A DNA stretch of 57,576 nt, counting the filler, from Basidioascus undulatus (lineage: Eukaryota), in assembly GCA_000826855.1 (NCBI GenBank). It is 3 parts of 3 records of this genome, joined end to end, with 100 filler letters (N's around TTAATTAATTAA, not from the genome) between each part and the next. Parts side by side here need not be neighbours in the genome. Positions count along the whole stretch, not along the records: positions 1 to 19,130 come from JTLS01000432.1; positions 19,231 to 38,357 come from JTLS01000433.1; 1 more part is not named here. The stretch is one strand, 5' to 3'. Shown here piece after piece: positions 13,475 through 25,029 of this stretch (position 1 is its first letter; every line of letters starts with the position of its first letter). The notes under the pieces were generated by a model. It did no database searches and was not told the DNA's origin. It was given only the letters and a program-made list of their open reading frames with translations. The position numbers were made by a program, and so were the translations under genes.

Positions 13475-13935
13475 GACATTAGGTGTTCACACGACTAGCT
13501 GTCTTGAACGACCGTTTTATGAACGTTGTTCGCAGTCTTTGAACTGATATATCAATCTTGTTCTCTTCGTTCTCGTCGCGTCAATCATAGATGTCCATGT
13601 AGCCTTACTGTGTCAGCGGCTTCCGACTACTTTGCCATGCAAAGCAATAAGGTATGCGCGTTGTTGGCGCAATCATCTGCCAATGTTCAGAGCCACCGGG
13701 CTACCGGTACCTTCCACTTCTCAAGTACCGGTGGTATTTTTTCCTAGACTTCAAGAGATCAAAAAAATTCCTTTCGAAGTAATGTAGCAACGAGGGGGCA
13801 AGTACGTAAAGCAGGAAGTGGCCCTGCTCGAGGTCGTTCGGGGTGTCAGCGAGCAAGTTGCCCCGACAACGTCATTCCGCATTAGATTGCCGCCACGACG
13901 CTCAGCGGCTGCAGACAGGCCATCATGTAAATAGT

Positions 13936-14569
13936 TTAATATACTCCTCCTACAAGGCGGTTCACGTCCAGCTCCTTCACACCACCATCGACAGCAGGCC
14001 GCTTAAAGACTACCACGTCGCCCTGGCGCTCAAATGCACCCCAGCCAGCGCACTCATACTGGCGATCGTCGCGATCCCTGAATATAAGTGGTACATTGTA
14101 AGCCTCCCGTGTCGCTGAATCATGCAGCCTGCCTGAAGGCTCACTTCAGAAGCTTGAAGTCCAGTGCGCCTGCAGGAGTAAAGTAGCCGACAGCGTTCGT
14201 TGGTGAGTTTACTTTCGCACTGCAAGGTGAGTGAGACAGACCTTGGCCGAAAACACGAGCCTCAAACCGCCTATATCCCCGGACTTGGTCGTCCACAATC
14301 GCAGTGGCCTGAGCCTGCGGGTCAAGGCAAATGAAGTCGCGGACCATGTCGTGGTGCAAGACGACGATGTTCTGGTGCGGGAATGCGGCGCTGAAGCTCG
14401 CGCACGTCAGAACAACTGCAAACGAGAGGTAACATGGGACTGTTGAGACATACTGCAGTTCCTTCGCGAGCTGTGCAATCAGTTGCGAGCTGTCTCCTTC
14501 CCGCTCACGCCAGGGCTCGCACAGCTCAGCGAGCTTCCGGTCAGGGTCGGCAAAAGAGTAGCTGATCAT
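13936..14569 (-). CDS. small hypothetical protein, tentatively YvgO-like fungal family (4 exons)
   Basis: Three clean GT-AG introns give ...ELHAAFPHQNIVVLHH...FEARVFGQGALDFKLLKDRDDRQYERAGWGAFERQGDVVVFKRP...GGVY-TAA. Confidence 0.6.
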
Positions 14570-15845
14570 TGCCAAGAGCGGTCACGGAAGTGATTAGAGG
14601 GTGTTAGTATGCGGATATGATCGTGATGGTTAGTGGGAAACATGCTGTAAGAAGCACGGGTGGGTATTATATGGGCGAGGCGGTTTAAGCGCAGCAGATG
14701 TTGGGCGAGCCGATTAGCCGCGTCGCAGCAATCGGGCTTCAACGGGGTTCTGGGATAGGGGCGTCATAATGATCGTGCGGCTGGCACTACAAACGCGCGT
14801 CGCTCTTTTTGAATTGGGGCAAAGGCTTCGGAAAGTGCCGGAACCAGGATGGTACGGGGCGTGCGGCCCGAAGTATACAAGGAGGGTCTGGAAGAGGCCA
14901 GAGGAGGACGTACGACTTGCGAACTTGCGAGTGCTTCCCCGCTCGCAGTAGACGCTCCTCAAAAGCGTATATGTTTTTCTTTCAAGATTTCATCCAAAAC
15001 TAATACATCCCATCTTCTATCAGAGGATAGGGAAGTTGCCCAAGATCCCGAAGCGGCGAGCGCACAGCCGCACGCTGCTGCGAATGAACGCGTAGGCCCA
15101 TCGGACCGCCGAGCTGCGCTCAGCTAGTGAGTGTATACGCTACCGAGCAATGGGGAGGATACAAAACGCTCCCATGCTTACCCAAGCTTCATCCCAATCT
15201 TGGGTGGGAATGTAACCTACGCCAAAGTTGTCTCTGAAACGCCTGTGGCGCGGTGTGTGACAGCGCGAACTGCAAACCGTCTCTCATGTCTCGATGCACA
15301 TCCTCGTCCTGGTTACGTTTTCCTGCTGTTGCCTCCAGTACCCGAATTTACACGGACAACACTATCAACTTTGAAGCGAAAAGATGCAAGCGCGGTCCTT
15401 CGACAATCACTGGAAGCCGCTGAACGTCCCCTGACAATTGAGACCGCTGACTGACAAAGGGCATTTCATGAAGAGCAAACCAGTCACACTATAAAGCGCC
15501 TGACAAGAAAAAGCAGATCCTATCTGCACTCTCGCCTCATCAAGTAGGACTGTGCGGCACGTGTATGGACCATAACAAAAAGGCATCAACAACGGGGGAA
15601 TCTACGGGCGACGGGTATGGCCACGGATTACAGACAGACAACATGGAGAGTACTATACGGGGGATTTAAAGAGTGACTGGGCAAAGAGTGGAGCCGCTGC
15701 TGCGGCTTCGGGCTGCGCGGCGGCTCAAGGGGTGGACGGTTGCGGGACTGCAGTAGCGAAAGAGCCTCCTGTCCTGGACTGATACACTGTTCGGAGGAGG
15801 TAAACTAAACCAGTGGGTCGTCACGGGAGAGCGAGAAAGTGAAGT

Positions 15846-18800
15846 CTAGTAGTGGAAAGTCTGTGGACGAGAGAATGTGTCAGTGTCGAGCGTCGACGTG
15901 GTCTGATGCGGGCGCAGGCGTACCATGAGCCAAGGACTGCGGAGAAGGTCGCCAGACAGGTCAGCGTCGGCGCGTCAAGGGTACATATCCAGGAAGCCAA
16001 TTCCAACGCACTTCAGAACGAAGGGAAATAAGAAGTGTGCTGCGACCATCGTCCCCAGCGGCGCCTGCACGGTCCAGTCGTAGACCCGGTACGCAGCCGG
16101 GATGAGGTTGGTGGTGCTGATTACCATGCCCGCAGCGAGCTGAGGAGTCAAGCATTCAAACTCGTCAGTGGCGGTATTGCGGCGGGGACAAACTGAAGAG
16201 CTCACGATGATGCAGGTGAGCAAGGTTGGCCAGAAGCGCCGGAGGATGGCGGGGACTTCGACGAAGAAGCTGCGTTGGCACGACAGTGTCAGCGCTCGTA
16301 CCCGTGTGGACGCCACACCCAGTGAAGCAAGCTACTTGGATCGCTCGACTTCCTTTCCAGTCGCTTCCCAGGTCATGTTGTAGCAGAAGAAGTAGGCGAG
16401 AATCTGTTGAGTAGGTCCCAAAGTTAGTAAACCGCTTGCCGTGTCAAGATGAGGAAGCGAAGCACAGCGACAGAGACGTGTATGCTCAATCCGGCGAAGA
16501 AGACCTGCATGATGATGATGTACTGGCGCCCGCCACTCATCAGCCGCGGGGTTACAGGACTCGGCAACATGCTTGTGCGGGCATACCTTGAAGCTGCGAT
16601 AAGGAGATGGTCAATCCAAGAGCCGCAGCGGTATATAGGAAGAGCGATACGCACTTCTCAAAAAGTCCTCGGAAGACGCTTTTTTGCTGCAGCCGCGCAG
16701 CCAAGACAGCTTGCGTAATGTTGCTGTTCCGAACAAACCTCGCCGTCAGCGGAGAAGCTCGCACACGCAGGGGTACTCGATAGACGTACCTCGCACAAGC
16801 GAAGACGACCAGCAGAGCAAGGTAGATCTCTGTTTACCCCGGCCAGGATCAGTCATCCGTAGAGGGCTGCTAATGTGAGCTGAGAAGCATACGCACCCCA
16901 ACTGGGGATGTAGAAGCTGTTGGCGAGGTCGGGGAAGACGCCGAGGATGGCAAAGTTGACGAGGCCGAGGGGAAGCGCGCAGGCGAGGGCGAGGTAGGTG
17001 CCGATGTATGAAAGGATCTGAGAAGAGAAATCGTCGGCGCTGGCTCAAGGGTGAGAGAAAGTGGGCGACTTACACCTATTTTGTGGGAGATCGCTGTGGA
17101 TGCGGTGGAGCAAAACGTTCAAAACGCGCTCGCTTGGGCGGAAGTGATTCAAGGACGATACTTACGCATGTTGGACCAGATGAAACGACGGAAGAGCGGA
17201 GAGAACGGGCTGCGCCAGCACCAGGCTGCGAAGCAAGTGTCAGCAGGCGTACAGCAACGATTAAGAAGATGAAGGATGGAACGCACAGTAGAAGGGGTTG
17301 AAGACAAGCTCGGCGCAACCGTAGGCGTACCTGCCATGCCATCGCTTCAGCATCTCGTTCAAGGGCAGCGGAGTAACCTCGACTACACACTTCTGCCATC
17401 GGTTCAGCTCATCCTCGCACGTCAAGCTGACGCCCTCCTTGAACTTCCCGTTCGAGTACTGTCTCCCCCTCCTCCAATCAGCACAACGCTCTAATCAAGG
17501 CAGGCGAACGACTCACCGTCGCCCACCGCAAGCCAAAGCCCTTCGTCTGAAGCCGCAGCGCGAGGTCAAAGTCCTCCGAGACGTGGTTCTCGGACCATTG
17601 GCGCGTGACGCCGTCCTTGTCGGTGAATGAGACGGCTTGGATGGCTGACCAGCGGAGGAAGGCGTTGTGGCCTGTCGGAAAGGACAGGGCTCAGCTTGAG
17701 GTTGATGGCGCGAATGCTCCGGAAACAACGCACCGACAAAGGGTGCCGTGTCGCCGGAGGCGGCGACGAAGCTGATCTGCGATAACTAGCTACAGCTCAG
17801 CGGCCTGTCACAGCAAGGCAAGCTGGGAAACACCGTACCTGCTTGTTGACGATCCTCGTAAAGTGGGCGATCCAATTCTGACCCATCCCACCCATGAACG
17901 CTCAGCTTGCCGTAACAGATGGGAACCTGGGTGAGATGCGTCAACGCACCTCGAAGTAATGGTGCGCGACCTGCATGACATCCGATTCGTGCTGGATGAT
18001 GGCGACGCCAGGCGACTCCCTGAACTCATTCGCCGCGTCAAGGAAGCAGTCCTCCGGGACGCGCGTGTCGGAGTCGACCAGCAGGCTGCGCATGCCAACC
18101 CACACGCTCATCATCAGCTATCTTTCTGGTGGCAAGGGAAAGAAGCGGAGACAAGATAGAAGACGAACATGAACTCCCCAATGCGGACGTCGCCGCTGAC
18201 CCACGCCGAGCCCTCGTACTCCTCCTCGACCTGCTTCCGCGCCGTCTCGTACAGTTCCGCCTCGTCCGACTCGGTCCACAGCGCCTGCCGATCGGGGCGC
18301 GCCTCTTGCGCCGCGTGGCGCAGCCCGTCCATGAGCTCCTCGATCCGGAGCGAGACGCGGTTGGTGTAGCTTTCGAGGACGCGCGTGAGCTTGCAACACC
18401 AGGAGAAAGAGGAGAGATGGGAGGAAATGGAAGCGACATACTTCAAATTCGAAGCCTTCTTGAACCGCCCAGCGCGGACGTGCCCGTCTTTCCCATGCGG
18501 AGGCCGCGCAACCCACGCGACGCCCTCGATGTCGTAGAACTCGCGCCGCCGGGCCTGCTCCTCTTCGGAGATGACTTGCATGCCGTCTTCGGAGACGATC
18601 TGGGTGCGCCCATGTCCGCATGTCACAGGGATAGAAGCGGGAGGAATGAGTGATAAGCGACGCGCACGATGTTCGCCGTCCCGCCCTGCTTCTCGTACGT
18701 CGCGATGGCCGCTTGGAGGGACTGCACATCAGATCAAGGTTAGCACATCCTTCATGTTCCGCCTTCCGCCCCGGTCGCGCTCACCTTAATAGTCGACATG

Positions 18801-19130
18801 ATGACTCCGTCCAGGCCCTCCCTGCGCAGCAGTGCACGTCAGCGAAACCAGCCTCGGGCGGGGACGGCGGGAAATTGGAGGGGAGGATGGAGAGGAGGGA
18901 GAAAGGAAAATGAAGAGGAAAAGGAAGAGAAGAAGGAGAGAAGGGAGGGGGGCAAAGGAAGACGCACTTGTACACCGGCATCTGGATCGTGAAGTGCGGG
19001 AGTTCGTCGTCGAGGAGCGTGCGCGGCGGGGGGATGCCCGAGTAGTAGAGCGAGTTGTGCTTGCACTGCGAGACGGGGCCGAGCACTTGCCACACGGAGG
19101 TGACGGCCGCTGTTTGGCCCCCCCCCCCCC
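15846..19130 (-). CDS. membrane-bound glycosyltransferase family 2 protein (Glyco_trans_2_3 type); 5' end truncated by the contig break
   Basis: ELPHFTIQMPVYK, VSEDGMQ, RAGRFKKASNL, LLVDSDTRVPEDC, FVGHNAFLRW, HVSEDFDLALRLQ and LNRWQK (the D,D,D,QxxRW-like motif set), followed by transmembrane segments, MTWEATGKEVE and ...PWLMTFHY-TAG. Confidence 0.88.
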
Positions 19131-19230
19131 NNNNNNNNNNNNNNNNNNNNNNNNNNNNNNNNNNNNNNNNNNNNTTAATTAATTAANNNNNNNNNNNNNN
19201 NNNNNNNNNNNNNNNNNNNNNNNNNNNNNN
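19131..19230. other. artificial contig-joining linker N44-TTAATTAATTAA-N44
   Basis: Exactly 100 nt with a six-frame-stop 12-mer at 19175-19186; an identical linker occurs at 38358-38457. Confidence 0.97.
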
Positions 19231-22200
19231 GAAGGAGAAGTCCTCCATGTTCTTGGCGTACTATGTAGGCACGAGGGCAGGGTGCGTCAGTAGGTGTTGG
19301 CTGATGTGTGATATGAAGAGGGGAAGGAAAGAGTGCATGCACCGACCTCGGGAGGTCATCAGTAGAAGGTTGTTCACGAACGTTGACAGTTTGCTTCATC
19401 TTACAAGTCTGATTGAGTACTGCGGATTGTGGCTTTGGGTAGACACTGCCCTTTTCGCAGAATGCTGGAACACAGTCACAACGTACACAATATTGCCGCC
19501 CCACAACGAGCTGATGCAGAAAGGAATTTTTGACAGAAGCGTTCGAAACCCCCAAAGCAGAAGCAGAGATGGAACCCCACAGATGTCCCACATATTAGGG
19601 AGGCCTGCCCTTCCCCTTTCCCTCGTCTCTTTCCTGCCGATCCACCCTCTATTCCAACTTTGCACACCACCTCAACCAGATTGCCGATACGTTCAGTCAA
19701 GCCATGGAGCCCCTCCAATAACTGCAGTTGGTTTCCATAGATAGTTCTGAAGAAGCCTTCTGGAGTCGCATTCGGAGGAATAGGAGCGGGGCAGATGTGG
19801 TCGGCGACGGGTTTGTTGGATGCAAAGCAGGGGTCGGGGGCGACGACCGAGCTTGGGGGGAGGGAGCCTGAGACCGGGCTGCTGGTATTGAAGAAGCAGG
19901 TCGTTGTGCCACGGAAGGAGCAAGTCGTTGTGTCACTGAAGGAGCAGGTCCTTGGACCAGTGAAGGAGCAGGTTGTTGTGCTGGTGAAGGGGCTCGGAAA
20001 GTCGAAGATTGAAACGCGGCCGCCCGAGAAGAGGGACCAGAAAGAGTCGAAGGTTGGGCGATATCAAGCGAATAAATTCTGGAGAAGAGACCCCCGATGT
20101 GTAACCGGAGGTGCTCCGCATCTCCAATTCTATGCCGGGCTGCGCTAGGATCTGGAGAACACTGTCGGCCTCCTGCAGGAGGACAGCAGCCCTTTCCTCA
20201 CGCTGTGCATTGTGAGGCGGGACCAGTCGATCAGTTGCGAAAGCAGGCCGACCGTGTCTTCGGGGAGTAGGTGGATATATGGGGAATTGCCAATCATCAA
20301 CTGGAAGAACTTTTGAAAGCTCGACGGCGGTGGTGGGTGAGCAACTGGTGTTGCGATCTGAAATGTGTCGCAAGACTGCATATCGCAAACAGGGATCAGG
20401 GGCGCTAGCGGGAGCCGGGCGGACCTATGCATGTGTGCGCAACGAAATTGTGACTTAAAGTAAACAATGAACTGGGAACAGGAGGTGTAGCCTCGACCTC
20501 GTTCCGTGCTCGTGAAGCACCGTTGCCTGCAGGCGGGGCTGGCGACCTGACCTCGAAGGAGCTGGAGTCTCCAGAACGTCGCGGTGATTCGTCCTCGATG
20601 TTCGGCTGGCGCTCCTGAAGACCCTGGTCAGTGACGTCTCAACAGCGAGCTGCATCAAACGTCGTGTATGCACTGCCTTTGTGCCATTCACCTCAACGTG
20701 TCGACTTCCGCCCTGTCCCGCATAAGCACCGCCAGACGTTCGACTTCGTCCTCTGAGGTTGTTGTCCCTGTGTTGTCGGCTTGGATGGAAATCTCGACTG
20801 AGTCGGAGTGGGAGACTTAGGACCCGTTCTGGTCCATCTCGTCCTCTTCCCCATACTCCTCCTCGTAGTCCTCCAAGGCGTCGAGCTCAGACTGCCCATA
20901 CTCGGCAATGGGCTCTGGTATATGCGACTCGGTGCTGGTATACTTCTTATTCCGGAATTGATCGGACCAGCCGAAGATCCGCTCTTGTTCGTCTTTCGGC
21001 AGGTGCGCAAGTCTGTGCAGTGGCCATTTCAAGTCACATTCCGGGCAATGTGAAATCCCTGAGTGACTCACAGCTCATACGACAGCTTCAAAGGAAAATG
21101 GGCGGGCGGGATGGCAGAAGTCGGAGGTGCGGGGGAAGCTACGCCGAGCGTGGGCGGAGCTGCCGATGAACCGTCGGACTGACGTTCGCTGTCCGAATCG
21201 GATTAGTCCGAGTCTGGGTCGGGCCCTTCAATGGAGATCCACTTGCTACTTGAACCTCCGAAAATGTGAAATCCGGCACACGTTCAGTAGTCTCCACAGT
21301 TGGACGACCGCCTTACGACAAGACATCAGGGACTCACGGGATCGTAAAGGGCACTTCTCCCTTCAAAGGCCGTCCGTGGCCGTTTGGTTGTTGCGCCATC
21401 CGAGCCATCCGCCTCTGGCAGGTCGGTATACTTTCGCTTGGAGGGTCCAGCAGGATACGTATACGTCGCCTCGGGTGCGGAGGTCGTTGCGTGAGCCGAT
21501 GCGTAAAGACTGGAAGCAGGAGGTTGCTGTAGGGAAAAAAAGTCTCCAGTTAAAACTCGTGCTATATGTGCTATGTGAGTAGACAGCTGAGACCTACAGG
21601 ATCTTCATAAAGCTCGAAGTGGACCGAGGTCTGGATAATTTCAGCGCCTTCAGCAGATGCTTGTCGCGAGACTGCCGGCGGGGCGCCTGGTTGATCTGCG
21701 CGAGCATCCATGCTCTGTTTGGGGGAGTGAGCTCTTTAAGGCAGACATAAACAATATTTAGATAGCTTACCAACTTCGGGGCTGGCGTGAAAGAGAGGCC
21801 TAGAGCGGAAGGAATTGGCTGTCGAGGCGAGGTGTGCCATGGTGTGTGACGAGGCACCCATCCAGAGCAGTGAAAGCGCAAAGAAAAGTGCTTACATGTG
21901 TAGCGGAGTCCCAAGTGTACGCAAGGGGCTCACTTCCAGTGCCCGCCTTATCGGCTTGACTGCCGTCTGATCCCGACCGGCTAGGCAACGGCAGGTAGTA
22001 CGTCGGAGCGGCAGCAATAGCAGCGTTCGGTCCAGCCGACCGTGCAGTATGTGGTTTACAGAATACTGAAATTTCAGAGAACCAATCATGCCTTGAAGCG
22101 CTGTAACTCACGCTTCCGACTGTCCCAGACGCTAGCATCGCCGCGGCTGGCAGTGTTGCAGTCTCTGGGCCCGTCGGCGGGTCCTGTTCCTGTTCCTCGC

Positions 22201-22994
22201 TTTGCCCACCCTTAGAAGCATTCTAAAAGCCATTCAGAGGCACTCCGGACCCACAAAGCTGCCTTGGGATGATTCAGAGCTGTGCAGGCTGGACGTCTCG
22301 TAGTAACGTTGAGCGGGATGAGCGCTGCTCGGCCTTGCAGACGACCATTTCGCCTCGTCGTGTCCCGTACATGAGACTTGGTCAAAATAAGTATATACCG
22401 CTTGCTATGCGCTCCTGCTTGACGCGCTTTGCGTCTGCATCCGACTCTGCCGCGAGCACGGCCTCCTCAGCTGTCCATTTTCGGCTGCGCGACGTGCCGG
22501 CGAGGGCACTTTCAGGGTTCTCGAGAGGAGGCTGCTACATCAAATGGTAGTTGAGACCTGCAAGTCGAGAAGATCATCAAATGCCTCTATTGCTGCGTAC
22601 CATTTCTGGCTCCTCTCCTGCCTGACGCCGCGAGTGCCGCGAAGACTGCGGAGGTACTGACGTTGACTTCACCGGCTCGGGTGTAGGTGAAAGGGAGGGC
22701 GGGGGATCCGAAGGCGGAGGCGGAGGGGGGCCGCTGAGCGGCTTTTGGTCGAGGCGCTGGAGTAGGAAGTTCAAGCGAGCTGACAGGCGCTCGGGCAGAC
22801 GGGGTGGGTTAGATGCTGACTGTGACTCTGGAAGCTCGATCCCGCAGGGAGGACGGGGAGGGGCGAGGTGAGAGGGCGATGGGTTAAATGCTTGCTTTTG
22901 TTCTGGGCTGACTTGAATCGGATGGATGATTACTGATTGCTTCCGTGCCCTTTCGGTCGCTGAGGCTGACTCTCCACTCAACGTCTTCACTCAT
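19231..22994 (-). pseudogene. decayed multi-exon gene for a low-complexity Pro/Ser/acidic protein of unknown function
   Basis: Protein-like exons with GT-AG introns (e.g. ...RSRKWTAEEAVLAAESDADAKRVKQE..., ...KRKYTDLPEADGSDGATTKRPRTAF..., ...LEDYEEEYGEEDEMDQ...) are interrupted by in-frame TAA at 21203-21205 and 20817-20819, with further stops and frameshifts near 19700-20150. Confidence 0.5.
19890..19993. repeat. imperfect 24-bp tandem repeat x4 (GAAGGAGCAGGTCGTTGTGCCACG-like), encoding PAPSxxQx on the minus strand
   Basis: Units begin at 19890, 19914, 19938 and 19962. Confidence 0.85.
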
Positions 22995-23070
22995 CACACA
23001 TCCGCTCGCACACGCTCGGCATGGGACAATCGAAACTCGTACATCTATTAGCCCGCGGCTACAAACTAAA

Positions 23071-23099
23071 CATTAACACATTAACACATTAACACATTA
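23071..23099. repeat. 8-bp microsatellite (CATTAACA) x3.5 in the 3' region of the adjacent minus-strand gene
   Basis: cattaacacattaacacattaacacatta seen directly. Confidence 0.85.
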
Positions 23100-23143
23100 T
23101 AGCTGTATACTGATCCGCCCACACTCCCCCGTACCTCCGCCGC

Positions 23144-24273
23144 TCAAAGGTGCGCCTCATCCCACCCACCGTACATGATTCCCAGCCCGACGCACTCCGT
23201 TTCCTCCCGCTCAGCCGCGCCAACCCAACCCCAGCGCTTCGCCTCGCGCCTCCCGACCGCGCGCGCAGACATCGCGTTCCGCCGATACAGCGGGACGGGT
23301 GTCCGCGGCGTCCTCGGCGTGAGCGGGGTGTCGGGCGTGGGGGGCGAGAAGAGCGAGTCGGGCGTGGAGAAGAGCGAGGAGGAGGAGGGCGAGCCCGGCC
23401 GCTGCGGGGTGGTGGTGAGAACCATCGAGGGAGCGGCGGACGGCAGCACCATGCTCATCCGCGCGATGCTTTTTCGCGCGGAGGCGCAGGGCTCCTCGCC
23501 GTCGAGGAGGAAGATGGGGTACTCCCACCCAAGGTCGGGCGTCGTCTCCTCGCCCTCCGCCTCCCCCATCTGCTCGATCTTCTCCCCGCGCGACTCGCTC
23601 GCCCGCCGCGCGGCGTTCTCGTCCTCCTCGTACTCGAACGGCGCATGCTCAGACGCCGTTTCAGTCTCCTCCGCGTCCTCCTCGTCGCCGTAGTCGGAGA
23701 ACGCCGACCCCGGCCCCCACGCCTCGAACGGCGCGTGCATCGTGCTGTCCCGCAGCCAGCCGTACGCGTTCGGCGCGTGCACCGCCTCGTCACGCAGCCA
23801 GGGGTGCGGGTTCGCAGAGTGCTGCTGCTTTGCTTGCATTCGTTGCTGTTTTTCGCAAGGATGCGTGAGCTGGGGAACAGGAAAGAAGGGAGGAGACGCA
23901 GCTTACAATGTCGACGACCGTGTACCCCGCCGGGAAGGGGAACCCGCCCCGCACGACGCGCGGGTCGCGGATGCACATATGGCTGTGAGTGGGGCACTGC
24001 ATAGTCGAAGATCAGATTTAGTCTTTCTATCGCGGAGAAGATCAGCAGGGTAAGACCCGTCCAACGTACCCCAACAAGCCCGCACCCGTGTGCAAGCGAG
24101 CCCGCGGCGAGCGGCGGCTGGCTCATCATGAAGAGCTCCATCTCGCTGAGCGGGGGCGGGGTGTGCGGGGAGCTCGGCTCGGGGCTGGGGCTCGGCCGGC
24201 GCAGGTCCGAGAGCACAGCGTTGAAGCTGAAGAGCTTGCCGGGCTTGATGGGGAGGAGTGTGGACGGGGACAT
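23144..24273 (-). CDS. hypothetical Ser/Pro/acidic-rich protein, multi-exon
   Basis: ATG at 24273 (MSPSTLLPIKPGKLFSFNAVL...); GC3-rich long last exon ending ...VGLGIMYGGWDEAHL-TGA; GT-AG introns between. Confidence 0.65.
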
Positions 24274-25029
24274 GGAGCCTGTCTATCGCGGAGAGGTTGA
24301 ATGAGAGGTTTCTGGACAAGAGGGGAGGAGGAATAACGGCCAATGGGTCGGTTGTGTTGAGGAGCGATAGCGATGCTGCTGCGCTGCGCGAGCTGCTTTT
24401 CGAGAGGCGGGCGAAGGGGGCCTGCAAGCCATCGCGGATGGCTGCGTGAAATCCAAACAAGCAGTTGCCCCGTGCGTGTGTGCGCAAAAGCATGTGAAGA
24501 TCTTGTGATGGGCTTGGTATCAAATTATTACTCGGTGTTGACAATGCCACATGTCGAGATGGCGAGTAGAAGGCAGGAGAGAGAAAACGATGTAGGCGGT
24601 AAAACTGCCAGGCAGACTGCGAGGCTGCTGGAAAACATGACCCCACGGTTCATGGTCCTTCAAGGCTATACGTATGTACGGCTCTGGGTATTCTTCCAAA
24701 ACACCATAGTATATGATGATGGGTAACAAAAAAAAACACAATCGAAGCGTACTGCTGTGAAGACAACCGAATGACATCTTCCTCTCGCGCTGCCTGCACG
24801 TCCGCGTCGTAGAAAGCTCGTTGAAACATCAGGCACAGAATATTTTCGAAGGACCGTCGAAACATTTGAAGCACTCAAGTAGCTAGGAGTACATGGTACA
24901 GTCATTTCTGCCACAAGACAAGCGCGTTTCTCGTTCCAAGCGATGGGGTTTTTCCCAACCCTACGCCGGTGCCTTCTCGCCCTCCGTCAATTTCATCCAC
25001 ATCCCACCCTACCAAAGAACACATGAAAG

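Noticed and set aside
14769..15127. Possible small plus-strand gene MIVRLALQTRVALFELG...
   Set aside because: It has an early stop, no recognisable domain and no consistent splice model.
19131..19230. Palindromic TTAATTAATTAA inside N-runs (also at 38402-38413), as a biological site or transposon target
   Set aside because: It is an identical 100-nt construct with stops in all six frames, i.e. an assembly concatenation linker.
19890..19993. 24-bp repeats (and the 23-bp pair at 28020-28076) as a CRISPR-like array
   Set aside because: They are tandem degenerate units without unique spacers, in a eukaryotic context with no cas genes.
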